The notes beneath the pieces are model-generated. The model saw only the letters and a program-made list of their open reading frames with translations, did not search any database and was not told the DNA's origin. A stretch of 64,000 bases of DNA. Source: Calditrichaceae bacterium. Its GTDB lineage: Bacteria > Calditrichota > Calditrichia > Calditrichales > JBFXGD01. Numbering within the stretch: the first letter of the stretch is position 1; each line of letters starts with the position of its first letter. The translations under genes and the position numbers were made by a program. The stretch lies in the NCBI GenBank assembly GCA_050173015.1, contig JBFXLE010000002.1, positions 32,001 through 96,000 of the forward strand. Direction: 5' to 3'. Below, in pieces: positions 19,189-29,080 of the stretch.

Positions 19189-20991
19189 CTAGAATTTAGA
19201 AGCTAATTTACGTTGATGCTCCAGTTCGGCAATCTCTTTTCTCACAAGCGTTAATTCTCTTGTATAGTGTAACACTGATTCGTCAGAATTTGCCTCGACT
19301 TTAATCAGAGTGCTAAATTCGGCGGCTTTTTTCTCCAGCTGCCATTTTTTTAACTGATAGAGGCAGTCGGCAATAAATTTAGAACTGTCCGGCAATTCAC
19401 TTACAACAAGTTTTGATGTCAGTTCCCGGATTTCAAGGTCGTCTATAGAATCAAGCAGTTTTGTGATATCAATGGCGCCATGTTCCTCCAATTCGTTCAT
19501 AATATGATCAAAAAGCAGGATGAATTCGTCATTTTCGAACATTTCACGCGTTGATTGCGCGATAATATAATTTTTTGAATCTTCTGAACCGGTCAAAAGC
19601 AGCCCTATCAGGCCTTCTTCAGCTTTATAGATTCCTCTGTGGACACGGGTTTTCTTTTTGGGAGCGGGAGCGGCCTCGTCTTTTTTATATTTTTGTCCTT
19701 CCCGTTTCAGTCTGTTGAGCTGTCCAACCAGTAAATTTTCATTAATATCGAGCCTGTCGGATATCTGATGCAGATATAAGCCAACCTTAATCTGATTGGT
19801 AATTGCGCTTAAATTTTGCAGAACCGATTGAATAAATATGTCTTTTTGTTCAAGAGATGGATCCGGATTGGCATTAAAAAATGAATTTATCTGAAACTCT
19901 ATGGGAAGAGTTTTCTTTTTTAATAAATTTTCAAATTCTTTCTGTCCGTATTTTAGAATAAAAGTATCCGGATCTTCTGATTTTGGCAAAGGGATAATGT
20001 ACGAATTCAGATCCTCGGCCTCAATGATGTTCGCGTTTCTGATGGCCGCTTTTACACCGGCTTCATCTCCGTCATAAGCGATATAAACTTCCCGGCAGTA
20101 GCGGCGAATTAATTTTGCCTGTTGCGGCGCTAATGCTGTTCCGCTGCTTGCGACCACGTTCTTTATACCTGAATCAACCAGCCTTAACAGATCAAAATAG
20201 CCCTCTACAAGTATGACAAATCCATTTTGCCGGATACTGGTGATAGCCTGATGTAATCCATAAAGAAGCTCGCTCTTTTTATAAATCGGGCTCTCGGGAC
20301 TGTTGAGATATTTCGGCTGTTGTTCCTCTTTGAGCTTCCTGCCTCCAAAACCGATGACTTTTCCGCTTAAATTGTAAAATGGAAATATGATCCGGTGGCG
20401 AAATTTATCATAATAATCGTTGCCCGAATCTTTTTTCTGAATAAGACCTAACTCTGATGCCTGCTTTAGATCAAGTTTGTTTTTTTTGAGCTCGTTAAGA
20501 GTTTGGTTAAAAGAATCGGGCGCGTAACCAAGACCGAAATCCCGGATGGTTTCCGGTGAAATTTTACGATTCAGGAAATAATCCAGAATTTTTTTGTTTG
20601 CGGGGGAGTTTAGTTTACGGATGAAATATTCCGATGTGATCCGGTTGATCATAAAAAGCTGTTGGAATAAGGTGGTCTCTTCCTTATCATACTCATCAGC
20701 CGGCATTGAAATCCCGGCGAAATCGGCTGCCTTCCTGATGGCGTCCGGGAAGTTTAGTTTCTCATAATCCATAATGAAGGTGTAAATATTTCCGCCTTTT
20801 CCACAGCCGAAACAATGAAATATTTGTTTTTCCGGATTGACAGTAAAAGAAGGTGTTTTTTCCTGATGAAAAGGACACAGACCTTTATGATTCACACCGG
20901 TCTTTTTGAGATTAACAAATTGTGATATGTAATGTACGATATTGATTGAAGTTCGGATTTCATCAATTTTGTCTTCAGAAATTTTACCCAT
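19189..20991 (-). CDS. dnaG: DNA primase
   Basis: Zinc finger CPFHQEKTPSF...CFGC, FGGR, KYLNSPE, VEGYFD, YDGDEAG, DPD; start MGKISED at 20991. Confidence 0.97.
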   Translation of the reverse strand: MGKISEDKIDEIRTSINIVHYISQFVNLKKTGVNHKGLCPFHQEKTPSFTVNPEKQIFHCFGCGKGGNIYTFIMDYEKLNFPDAIRKAADFAGISMPADEYDKEETTLFQQLFMINRITSEYFIRKLNSPANKKILDYFLNRKISPETIRDFGLGYAPDSFNQTLNELKKNKLDLKQASELGLIQKKDSGNDYYDKFRHRIIFPFYNLSGKVIGFGGRKLKEEQQPKYLNSPESPIYKKSELLYGLHQAITSIRQNGFVILVEGYFDLLRLVDSGIKNVVASSGTALAPQQAKLIRRYCREVYIAYDGDEAGVKAAIRNANIIEAEDLNSYIIPLPKSEDPDTFILKYGQKEFENLLKKKTLPIEFQINSFFNANPDPSLEQKDIFIQSVLQNLSAITNQIKVGLYLHQISDRLDINENLLVGQLNRLKREGQKYKKDEAAPAPKKKTRVHRGIYKAEEGLIGLLLTGSEDSKNYIIAQSTREMFENDEFILLFDHIMNELEEHGAIDITKLLDSIDDLEIRELTSKLVVSELPDSSKFIADCLYQLKKWQLEKKAAEFSTLIKVEANSDESVLHYTRELTLVRKEIAELEHQRKLASKF

Positions 20992-21009
20992 TCGGTTCAG
21001 GACCTTCGC

Positions 21010-21038
21010 TTGACATAAATTTTCAATTTGTATAAATT
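21010..21038 (+). promoter_or_regulatory. sigma70 promoter for the DUF3467-like gene
   Basis: TTGACA-17 nt-TAAATT. Confidence 0.65.
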
Positions 21039-21118
21039 TTAAAACTAATAATATTTCCAGATGGAATGTAACCATAATTACTAAATGAATAAAGAACTAA
21101 AACCTTGAAGGGAGAAAA

Positions 21119-21418
21119 ATGTCTGCTTCTCAGCAAAAACAGATTAATATTGAACTGGGTGATTCAGAAGCCGAGGGGATTTACAGTAACCTTGTAGTGA
21201 TAAGTCATTCTCCCGCGGAGTTTATTTTCGATTTTACCAGGATAGTACCCGGAAAACCAAAAGCAAAGGTTTACTCTCGGATCATTATGGCCCCGCAGCA
21301 CGCAAAATCTCTGGTTCGCGCTCTGGAAGAAAATTTAAAAAAGTTTGAATCACAATTTGGTGAAATCAAAATGCATGTAGTAGATCCAAAAACGAAAAAT
21401 ATAGGTTTTCAGGAATGA
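21119..21418 (+). CDS. DUF3467-like protein
   Basis: AEGIYSNLVVISHSPAEFIFDF...SRIIMAPQHAK...FESQFGEI. Confidence 0.85.
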   Translation: MSASQQKQINIELGDSEAEGIYSNLVVISHSPAEFIFDFTRIVPGKPKAKVYSRIIMAPQHAKSLVRALEENLKKFESQFGEIKMHVVDPKTKNIGFQE

Positions 21419-21500
21419 TTTTGAGCAGATGCCGATAAAATGCGGGATTAACCCATTATTTTAAATCGTGTAAATTTATATAAGTACGTTCTTATGGCAG

Positions 21501-21529
21501 TTGCATAATTGATGAGTATTATGTAATTT
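21501..21529 (+). promoter_or_regulatory. sigma70 promoter (extended -10) upstream of divIVA
   Basis: TTGCAT-17 nt-TAATTT, with TG just upstream of the -10. Confidence 0.5.
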
Positions 21530-21716
21530 TCCCAACTATTTAAAGTTTAAAATTGCTTCGGAAATCTGTGAATATGATAATCAGATTGACAGGATTTCCG
21601 GTAGGCCCGAAGAATGTGTTGTTTTTAGAATTACATCTTTTGTTTTCTTTACACAACTCAAGGACTATAACAAAACGGTTGCCTGCGTTCAGCAATAGCT
21701 ATCACCCACAGGCGAG

Positions 21717-22424
21717 ATGGGAGGCAAATTGAAGTTAACACCAATTGAAATCCGCAAACAGGAATTTAAAAAAGGATTAAGAGGCTACGATTCTGTTGAA
21801 GTGGAAACCTTTCTCGAATTGGTGGCGAATGAATATGAAGCTGTTCTTCATGAGAATGAACGTCTCGGTAAACATATCACTTCACTTGAAATGGAATTAA
21901 AGAATTTTAAAGAAGTCGAAAAAACGCTAAAACAGACGCTGTATAACGTGCAGGAAACGACACAACAGTCAAAAGAGAATTCTCAAAAAGAAGCCAGCCT
22001 GGTAAAAAAAGAGGCTGAACTCGCGGCGACACAGATGATTGAAACAGCGCGCATAGAAGTAAACAAGATGCGGGATGAAATCATCCAGCTTAAGAATCAG
22101 AAGGGATCACTGATTTCACGATTGCGGCATCTGCTCTCTTCAGAGATAGAACTTCTTGAAGTACTGGAGTTGGATGACCTTGACCGTTCAAAGCTAAAAG
22201 ATAAATCACGAAAACCGGCGCCTCCAGTTCGGGAAAAAGAGAAAACCACACCTCCGGTGAGCACTGAAAGACCAAAAAATAATCCACCTACGGCAACAGA
22301 TCCAGAGCCTAAAAAAACAGAAAATCCGGAGAAAGACAAAGAGAAAAAAGACAAAGAAAAGGGTGGAGATTTTTTTAAAGATATATTTGGCGATAATATT
22401 GATATCGATGAGTTTTTAAAATAG
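21717..22424 (+). CDS. divIVA: DivIVA domain protein (likely start TTG 21729 after GGGAGG)
   Basis: LTPIEIRKQEFKKGLRGYDSVEVETFL signature followed by a coiled coil and a low-complexity tail. Confidence 0.9.
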   Translation: MGGKLKLTPIEIRKQEFKKGLRGYDSVEVETFLELVANEYEAVLHENERLGKHITSLEMELKNFKEVEKTLKQTLYNVQETTQQSKENSQKEASLVKKEAELAATQMIETARIEVNKMRDEIIQLKNQKGSLISRLRHLLSSEIELLEVLELDDLDRSKLKDKSRKPAPPVREKEKTTPPVSTERPKNNPPTATDPEPKKTENPEKDKEKKDKEKGGDFFKDIFGDNIDIDEFLK

Positions 22425-22427
22425 GGA

Positions 22428-23075
22428 ATGGCAATGAAGAAGCTAATAATCTGGGTGTTTAGCGTCATAATTGTAATTGTTTTAACCGGATGCGCAGGTA
22501 GTAAAAGTGTCAATCGCGAAAATCCAAAATCACTGACATCCGCCAAAATATCTTTACAGGATGGCACGACGAGGGAAGGAATTATTCTTAAGCGCGATGG
22601 CAGCAAGCTTATCTATGTTGATTCCGGGTCCCATAGTAAAGAAACACTGGGCTATGAAAAGATCAGTAAAATTGAAAAATCCGATCAGATATATGATTTT
22701 GAAGCTTACGCGATACCACTATCCACGGTTAAGGAATATGAACGTTCTAACCGTATTTTTTCCTACGCCGCGGGTGGATTCATCCTTGGAACGGCGCTTG
22801 GGACCGGTGTGGGTATCTCGTTAATTGCTTCGGACGTTGATATAAAAATGCCTGTCCCGATGGCGGTTTTTGGAATCACGGGCGCCTATTATTTCGGTAA
22901 ACTTGGATCAAAAAGAGCGTTTGAAGACGCTGTTTATGAAGCTCAAAAATTTCGTTATGAAATAAGCAAAGAAAAGAGAGCCCGACTGATTAATGATGAA
23001 AAAAACAAGCTGAAAGAGCAGCAGAAGCAGAAGGAAGAGCTTTTAAAGAGACTTGAAGAAAAAGGAAAAGAATAA
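22428..23075 (+). CDS. Hypothetical lipoprotein with glycine-zipper hydrophobic hairpin
   Basis: Lipobox LTG-C; '[19 protein letters not shown]' and '[12 protein letters not shown]'; C-terminal coiled coil. Confidence 0.7.
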   Translation: MAMKKLIIWVFSVIIVIVLTGCAGSKSVNRENPKSLTSAKISLQDGTTREGIILKRDGSKLIYVDSGSHSKETLGYEKISKIEKSDQIYDFEAYAIPLSTVKEYERSNRIFSYAAGGFILGTALGTGVGISLIASDVDIKMPVPMAVFGITGAYYFGKLGSKRAFEDAVYEAQKFRYEISKEKRARLINDEKNKLKEQQKQKEELLKRLEEKGKE

Positions 23076-23076
23076 G

Positions 23077-23919
23077 ATGGAATTTGATATTGATGTATAT
23101 CGTAAGCAGATCGCGGAAGCAGAATCTTATATCAGGAAACACAGCAAAGTTTCTCCTCAGATTGGGATTATTTTAGGCACCGGTCTTGGCGGATTGGTTA
23201 AGGAGATCGATATAATTGATGAGATTCCTTATCATGATATTCCTCATTTTCCGGTTTCAACTGTTGAGAGCCATGAGGGCAAGCTGATTCTCGGGTCTCT
23301 CGGCGGTAAGCAGATTCTGGCTATGCAGGGACGCTTTCACTATTACGAAGGCTACTCTATGACACAAATCACGTTCCCTGTCCGGGTGATGCATAAATTG
23401 GGAATCAGAACGCTGCTGATTTCGAATGCCTGTGGGGGAATGAATCCGCAATATCGTAAAGAGGATTTGATGCTGATGGATGACCATATCAATCTGTTGG
23501 GAACAAATCCGCTGATGGGTCCGAATATGGATGAATTCGGTCCGAGATTTCCGGATATGTCCGAACCCTATTCAAAAAAGCTCATCGCTCTCGCGGAGAT
23601 GATTGCCCTGGAGAACAAAATGAAGCTCCAGAAAGGCGTTTATGTGGCAGTTACCGGACCTAATCTGGAAACCCGCGCGGAATACCGGTTCCTGAGAGCC
23701 ATTGGCGCGGATGTTGTCGGTATGTCAACGGTCCCGGAAGATATAGTTGCCGTTCATATGGGGATGGATGTTCTTGGTATTTCTGTAATTACAGATGAAT
23801 GTTTTCCTGATTCTCTGCAGCCCGTTGATCTTGAAGAGATTATAAAAGCCGCTAATGGAGCGGAACCAAAACTAACCTTTTTGATGAAAGAAGTAGTCAG
23901 GCGCCTGGAGCTGGCGTAG
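23077..23919 (+). CDS. punA: Purine nucleoside phosphorylase (trimeric PNP/XapA type)
   Basis: [42 protein letters not shown]. Confidence 0.95.
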   Translation: MEFDIDVYRKQIAEAESYIRKHSKVSPQIGIILGTGLGGLVKEIDIIDEIPYHDIPHFPVSTVESHEGKLILGSLGGKQILAMQGRFHYYEGYSMTQITFPVRVMHKLGIRTLLISNACGGMNPQYRKEDLMLMDDHINLLGTNPLMGPNMDEFGPRFPDMSEPYSKKLIALAEMIALENKMKLQKGVYVAVTGPNLETRAEYRFLRAIGADVVGMSTVPEDIVAVHMGMDVLGISVITDECFPDSLQPVDLEEIIKAANGAEPKLTFLMKEVVRRLELA

Positions 23920-23972
23920 ATCCAGGCCATATTAATAATTAAAATAAATGTAAAAAGTATACAGGTACAAGA

Positions 23973-26900
23973 ATGTTTAATGAATTTTCGAGCAAAGCAA
24001 GCATACCCGAACTTGAAGAAAAGATTTTAGAGTATTGGAAGAAGGAAAATATATTCAAAAAGAGTCTGGAGAAGAACGAAGATGGACCCAATTTTGTTTT
24101 CTTTGAGGGTCCGCCGACGGCGAATGGACGACCGGGAATACATCATGTGATGGCACGTACGGTAAAAGATATCGTCTGCCGGCACAAAACGATGAAAGGT
24201 TTCTATGTTAACCGTAAAGCCGGATGGGATACTCACGGGCTTCCGGTGGAAATTGAAGTTGAAAAACTGCTGAAAATCAACGGTAAAGAGCAAATAGAAG
24301 AATACGGTGTCGAAAAATTCAATAATATGTGCCGTCACAGCGTTTTTAATTATAAAAATGACTGGGATTCGCTCACTGAGAGAATCGGATACTGGCTGGA
24401 TCTGGATGATCCGTATATCACTTTCGAAAATGATTATATCGAATCCGTCTGGTGGATTTTAAATGAATTTTGGAAGAAGAATCTGATTTATCAGGGCTTT
24501 AAAATTTTACCTTACTGCCCGCGTTGCGAAACGCCGTTAAGCAGTCATGAGGTATCTCAGGGTTACAAGGAGATCAAAGATCCTTCTATTTATGTGCGGG
24601 TGGAGCTAAAAGATGAACCGGGTACGTATTTTCTGGTTTGGACAACAACTCCCTGGACACTGATATCAAATGTGGCCCTGGCCGTAAATCCGGATGTGGA
24701 TTATGTATTGCTTGAGCACGCTGATGAAAAATACATCATGGCCGAAGCGAGAATCGGCGATTTGTTTGAAGCCGATTCATATAAGATTCTGAAATCTTTC
24801 AAAGGATCAGAACTGGAAGGAAAAAATTATAAACAGATTTTCAGTTTTGTTCCTGTTGAAAAGAAAGCGTTCTATGTCGGTCTTGCTGATTTTGTGACAA
24901 CCGAAGACGGCACGGGCATTGTGCATATTGCCCCCGCCTTTGGCGAAGATGATTATCAGTTCGGGAGGAGATACGATCTTCCGGTGGTTAGACCGGTCAA
25001 TGCCCAGGGGCGATTCACGCCTGAAGTGACCGATTATGCCGGAATTTTCGTAAAGGATGCAGACGAAAAAATTATAAGCGATCTCAGAGGTAATGGAATA
25101 TTAGTCAAAAAATTAAAAATAGAGCATAGCTATCCCCATTGCTGGCGCTGTCAGTCACCGCTTTTATATTATGCGCGTGAATCCTGGTATATAGAAACTT
25201 CGAAGTTCAAAGAAAACCTTCTGGAAAATAACGATAAAATCAGTTGGTATCCGAAGGAAGTGGGGGAAGGGCGTTTTGGTGAATGGTTGAAAAATAATGT
25301 GGACTGGAGCCTCTCGAGAGACAGGTACTGGGGCACACCTCTGAATATCTGGGTGTGTGATGATTGCGAACATAAAACAGCAATCGGGTCGATTAACGAG
25401 CTCTTTGAAAAGGCTGTTAATCTGGAAGAGAAAGATAAAGAGAAGATTGATCTTCATAAACCGTATGTGGATGATATTAAAATAAAATGCGAAAAATGCG
25501 GTAAAGAGATGCACCGTGTTCCGGAAGTTATTGATTGTTGGTTCGACTCGGGCAGCATGCCGATCGCTCAATGGCATTATCCGTTTGAAAATAAAGAGAT
25601 TTTTGAAAAGAATTTCCCGGCTGATTTTATTTGTGAAGGAATAGATCAGACGAGAGGCTGGTTTTATTCGCTTTTAGCGATTTCAACATTACTTTTTGAT
25701 AAACCGGCTTTCAAAAATATCGTTGTAAACGAACTGATCCTTGATAAGTCGGGTCAAAAAATGAGTAAATCCAAAGGTAACGTCGTTGTCCCTGAAGAAA
25801 TGATCCAAAAATTTGGAGCGGATCCTATACGCTGGTATTTGATGACGGTTTCTCCGCCATGGATTCCAAAAAAGTTTGATACTGATGGTGTGGCTGAAGT
25901 TCAGAGAAAATTTTTTAACACACTGATAAATACGTACTCGTTTTTCCTGTTGTATGCCAATATTGATCAGTTTGACCCTGAAGCTCCGCAGGTAAGCATC
26001 GAAAAACGTCCGGAAATAGACCGATGGATAATTTCGAAGCTTTATACACTCATAAATCAGGTCGAGGAATATATCAATAAATTCGATCTTACTAAAGCGG
26101 CCAGGGCAATATCGGATTTTGTGATTGATGATGTATCCAACTGGTATGTCCGCAGAAACAGGCGCCGGTTTTGGAAATCGGATGAAGGCACTGATAAACT
26201 CAGCGCGTATCAGACGCTTTATGAAGTTTTGATAACAATTTCTAAACTTATCGCCCCTTATGCGCCGTTTATCAGCGAAGAGATTTTTATGAATCTGAAC
26301 AGGGATAAAAGTCTGGCAAGCGTACACCACGCGCGTTATCCCGAGGTTACCGATGAGATGCGATCAGCAATCGACAGCGACCTGGAAAAGAAAATGGATC
26401 TTGCGCAAAATATAGTCACCGCGGCGCGGTCATTAAGAAATGAAGCGCTTATTAAAGTACGTCAGCCTCTTTCCGAGATACTCATTGTACCGGCGACTAA
26501 ATCTGAAAAAGATCACATAATGTCGATGCAGACAATTATCTGTGAAGAACTAAACGTAAAGCAGCTGCGATTTATAGATGATGCGTCATTAATTGTAAAT
26601 TTGAAGGCGAAACCCAATTATAAAACTCTTGGATCCAAGGCGGGAAAATTGATGGGCAGACTGGCTGAAACAATCAATAATTTTGAACGGCCGCAGATAA
26701 AATCTTTTATGGATAACGGATATGAGCATGTACTGATTGACGGACATGAATTCCGGCTCGAGACCGAGGATGTGGAAATACTTTCAGAATCAAAAGAAGG
26801 GTATGTAACCTATAATGACAGGGATTTGACATTGGCCCTGAATACGGTACTGACTGAAGACCTGATTGAGGAAGGTTTGGCCAGAGAGTTTGTTAACCGG

Positions 26901-27125
26901 ATTCAAAATTTGAGAAAAGACGCCAGTTTTGATGTGACCGATCATATTAAAATCGAGATCGGGTCAGTATCCGAAGAACTCTCTGCCGCGATAAAGAATC
27001 AGAGAAAATACATCTGCAATGAAACTCTTGCGGATATAATTGAGTTCTCAGCTATAAACGCGGAATACAAAAATGAAATTGTTATTAATAAAGAAACTTT
27101 TGTAGTTGGATTAAGTAAAAACTAG
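23973..27125 (+). CDS. ileS: Isoleucyl-tRNA synthetase, type 2
   Basis: EGPPTANGRPGIHH, GWDTHGLPVE, WTTTPWTL, EGIDQTRGWFY, KMSKS; long IleRS2-type C-terminus. Confidence 0.97.
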   Translation: MFNEFSSKASIPELEEKILEYWKKENIFKKSLEKNEDGPNFVFFEGPPTANGRPGIHHVMARTVKDIVCRHKTMKGFYVNRKAGWDTHGLPVEIEVEKLLKINGKEQIEEYGVEKFNNMCRHSVFNYKNDWDSLTERIGYWLDLDDPYITFENDYIESVWWILNEFWKKNLIYQGFKILPYCPRCETPLSSHEVSQGYKEIKDPSIYVRVELKDEPGTYFLVWTTTPWTLISNVALAVNPDVDYVLLEHADEKYIMAEARIGDLFEADSYKILKSFKGSELEGKNYKQIFSFVPVEKKAFYVGLADFVTTEDGTGIVHIAPAFGEDDYQFGRRYDLPVVRPVNAQGRFTPEVTDYAGIFVKDADEKIISDLRGNGILVKKLKIEHSYPHCWRCQSPLLYYARESWYIETSKFKENLLENNDKISWYPKEVGEGRFGEWLKNNVDWSLSRDRYWGTPLNIWVCDDCEHKTAIGSINELFEKAVNLEEKDKEKIDLHKPYVDDIKIKCEKCGKEMHRVPEVIDCWFDSGSMPIAQWHYPFENKEIFEKNFPADFICEGIDQTRGWFYSLLAISTLLFDKPAFKNIVVNELILDKSGQKMSKSKGNVVVPEEMIQKFGADPIRWYLMTVSPPWIPKKFDTDGVAEVQRKFFNTLINTYSFFLLYANIDQFDPEAPQVSIEKRPEIDRWIISKLYTLINQVEEYINKFDLTKAARAISDFVIDDVSNWYVRRNRRRFWKSDEGTDKLSAYQTLYEVLITISKLIAPYAPFISEEIFMNLNRDKSLASVHHARYPEVTDEMRSAIDSDLEKKMDLAQNIVTAARSLRNEALIKVRQPLSEILIVPATKSEKDHIMSMQTIICEELNVKQLRFIDDASLIVNLKAKPNYKTLGSKAGKLMGRLAETINNFERPQIKSFMDNGYEHVLIDGHEFRLETEDVEILSESKEGYVTYNDRDLTLALNTVLTEDLIEEGLAREFVNRIQNLRKDASFDVTDHIKIEIGSVSEELSAAIKNQRKYICNETLADIIEFSAINAEYKNEIVINKETFVVGLSKN

Positions 27126-27147
27126 ACTTTCCATATATTAGGAGAAA

Positions 27148-27528
27148 GTGAATATGGACAAGAAGAAGACTGAGTTTTTCAAGGATTTGCTTTTAAAAAA
27201 ACGCGTTGAGATCGCAAAAAATATTGATTATTTGCGAAACGTGGTCCTTGATTCCACGACCAAGGAAGCATCCGGTGACCATTCATCTTACTCGTATCAC
27301 ATGGCGGATCAGGGAACTGATGCCATGGAACGGGAGAAGGCCTTTTTATTCGCGTCGAGAGATGAGAAGTATTTAAAACAAATTGAAGACGCGCTCGCCC
27401 GTATTGAAAACAAAACATTTGGTATTTGTCGTTCCTGTGGTGAAGAGATAGGACTGGAAAGACTTGAAGCGGTCCCGACAACAACAATTTGTTTTAACTG
27501 TAAAGTTGCCGAATCGAAGAGAAGATAA
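27148..27528 (+). CDS. dksA: DksA/TraR C4 zinc-finger protein
   Basis: HMADQGTD coiled-coil tip; CRSC...ERLEAVP...CFNC. Confidence 0.88.
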   Translation: MNMDKKKTEFFKDLLLKKRVEIAKNIDYLRNVVLDSTTKEASGDHSSYSYHMADQGTDAMEREKAFLFASRDEKYLKQIEDALARIENKTFGICRSCGEEIGLERLEAVPTTTICFNCKVAESKRR

Positions 27529-27537
27529 GAAAGCAAA

Positions 27538-28113
27538 TTGAAGAAAATGTATAAAAAAATTTCCCTGACTTTCATGGCTGTTACCATCATTTGCATTGTT
27601 ATCCTTGATCAGGTTACGAAACTAATTACGAAGACTTCTATGTATCTGGGAGAATCCATACCGGTTATCGGTAATTTCTTTCGATTTACTTATGTTGAAA
27701 ATCCGGGAATCGCGTTTGGAGTCCGCATAGGCAACCCTGTTGTTTTTATGGGACTCTCATTCTTTGCGGCAGGTCTGGTCTTCTATTATCTCTATCGTTT
27801 CAGAAATGAAGGGTGGCCCGTACAGTTGTCTCTCTCTTTTATATCAGCCGGCGCGATAGGTAACCTTGTGGACCGGGTGATTTACGGCAGAGTAATAGAT
27901 TTTATGGATTTTGAATTTTTTGATATTAATATTCCGCCGTTTTCTTTGCTCAGTTATCAGTTTCAGGGTTATGGCATGGATCGCTGGCCGGTTTTTAATG
28001 TTGCCGATATGGCGGTAACCGGCGGTATGATTCTTCTATTGTTCTATATGCTTTTTTTGCCAAATCCCGTTACATCTTATCAGAAAACGATTTCTGAATC
28101 TTCAAATGGCTAA
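27538..28113 (+). CDS. lspA: Lipoprotein signal peptidase II
   Basis: LDQVTK, NPGIAFG, GAIGNLVDR, VIDF, FNVAD. Confidence 0.95.
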   Translation: MKKMYKKISLTFMAVTIICIVILDQVTKLITKTSMYLGESIPVIGNFFRFTYVENPGIAFGVRIGNPVVFMGLSFFAAGLVFYYLYRFRNEGWPVQLSLSFISAGAIGNLVDRVIYGRVIDFMDFEFFDINIPPFSLLSYQFQGYGMDRWPVFNVADMAVTGGMILLLFYMLFLPNPVTSYQKTISESSNG

Positions 28114-29080
28114 AATAAAAAACCTAAAAATCGAATCTCATTTTTCCGGAATCCGTCTGGATCATTTTCTTACGGAAAAATTTGTAGATGAATCAAGATC
28201 TCATCTGTCAAAGCTTATTAAGAGCGGATATGTTCTTGTAAATGGCCAGACAGTTAAGAGCGGTTATATACTTTCGGAAAACGATCAAATCAGTATTGAA
28301 TTTCATGAAGAGAGTACGGATCTCTCACCGGCGGATATCCCTCTGGAAATCATCTTTGAAGACAATAACATCATTGTCATCAATAAACCAGCGGGAATGA
28401 CAGTGCATCCCGGCAAAGGCACCGCCGGCGACACCCTCGTGAACGCGTTAATTCACCATTCAACCCACCTTGCTTTGTCAGGTAAAAGTGACCGGCCGGG
28501 AATTGTGCATCGCCTGGATAAAAACACATCAGGACTTCTGGTCATCGCCAAAAATGATAAAACGCATCGCGCTCTGAGAACACAATTTGACAAAAAAACA
28601 ATTTCCAGAATCTATTGGGCGCTGGTCTGGGGAAAGTTTGATGTAAAAGAAGGAACGGTTGAAACTTTTATTAACCGCAGTAAAAAAGATCCGACAAAAA
28701 TGACAGTAACCGCATCAGGACGGGTTGCAATTACCCACTACAAAGTACTGAAAGAATTTGAATATTTTTCTTTGCTTGAATTAAAACTAGAAACCGGACG
28801 GACCCATCAAATAAGGGTGCACATGAATTATCTGCATCATCCGATAGTTGGTGACCCGGATTATCACGGACGGGATTCACAGTTAAAGCATCTCCCGTCA
28901 AATCTGAGAAAAAGAGGCGTACATCTGCTGAAACTGGTGCCTTCTCAGTTTTTACACGCTAAAGAATTGAATTTTTTGCATCCTTCAACTAATGAACCCA
29001 TGCACTTTGAGTCAGACTTGCCTCAAAATTTATCCGATGCTCTTCAGAAATTACCGCAACTTTTTTTATTGGAAGATTAA
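28106..29080 (+). CDS. rluD: RluA/RluD family pseudouridine synthase with S4 domain
   Basis: RLDHFL, NKPAGMTVHP, IVHRLDKNTSG, LETGRTHQIRVH. Confidence 0.93.
   Translation: MAKIKNLKIESHFSGIRLDHFLTEKFVDESRSHLSKLIKSGYVLVNGQTVKSGYILSENDQISIEFHEESTDLSPADIPLEIIFEDNNIIVINKPAGMTVHPGKGTAGDTLVNALIHHSTHLALSGKSDRPGIVHRLDKNTSGLLVIAKNDKTHRALRTQFDKKTISRIYWALVWGKFDVKEGTVETFINRSKKDPTKMTVTASGRVAITHYKVLKEFEYFSLLELKLETGRTHQIRVHMNYLHHPIVGDPDYHGRDSQLKHLPSNLRKRGVHLLKLVPSQFLHAKELNFLHPSTNEPMHFESDLPQNLSDALQKLPQLFLLED

Noticed and set aside
11423-20991. rpsU and dnaG near each other but not in an rpsU-dnaG-rpoD operon
   Set aside because: That operon is not universal; an ordinary rearrangement
21431-21438. Exact sigma28 -10 GCCGATAA
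   Set aside because: No TAAA/TCAA -35 at the correct spacing, and a better sigma70 promoter lies downstream
22200-22365. AAAGA-rich quasi-repeats
   Set aside because: Explained by the K/E/D-rich low-complexity linker of DivIVA; not a DNA repeat array
23903-23972. Hairpin GCCTGGA...TCCAGGC before ileS as a possible T-box
   Set aside because: The intergenic gap is only ~53 nt and has no T-box consensus
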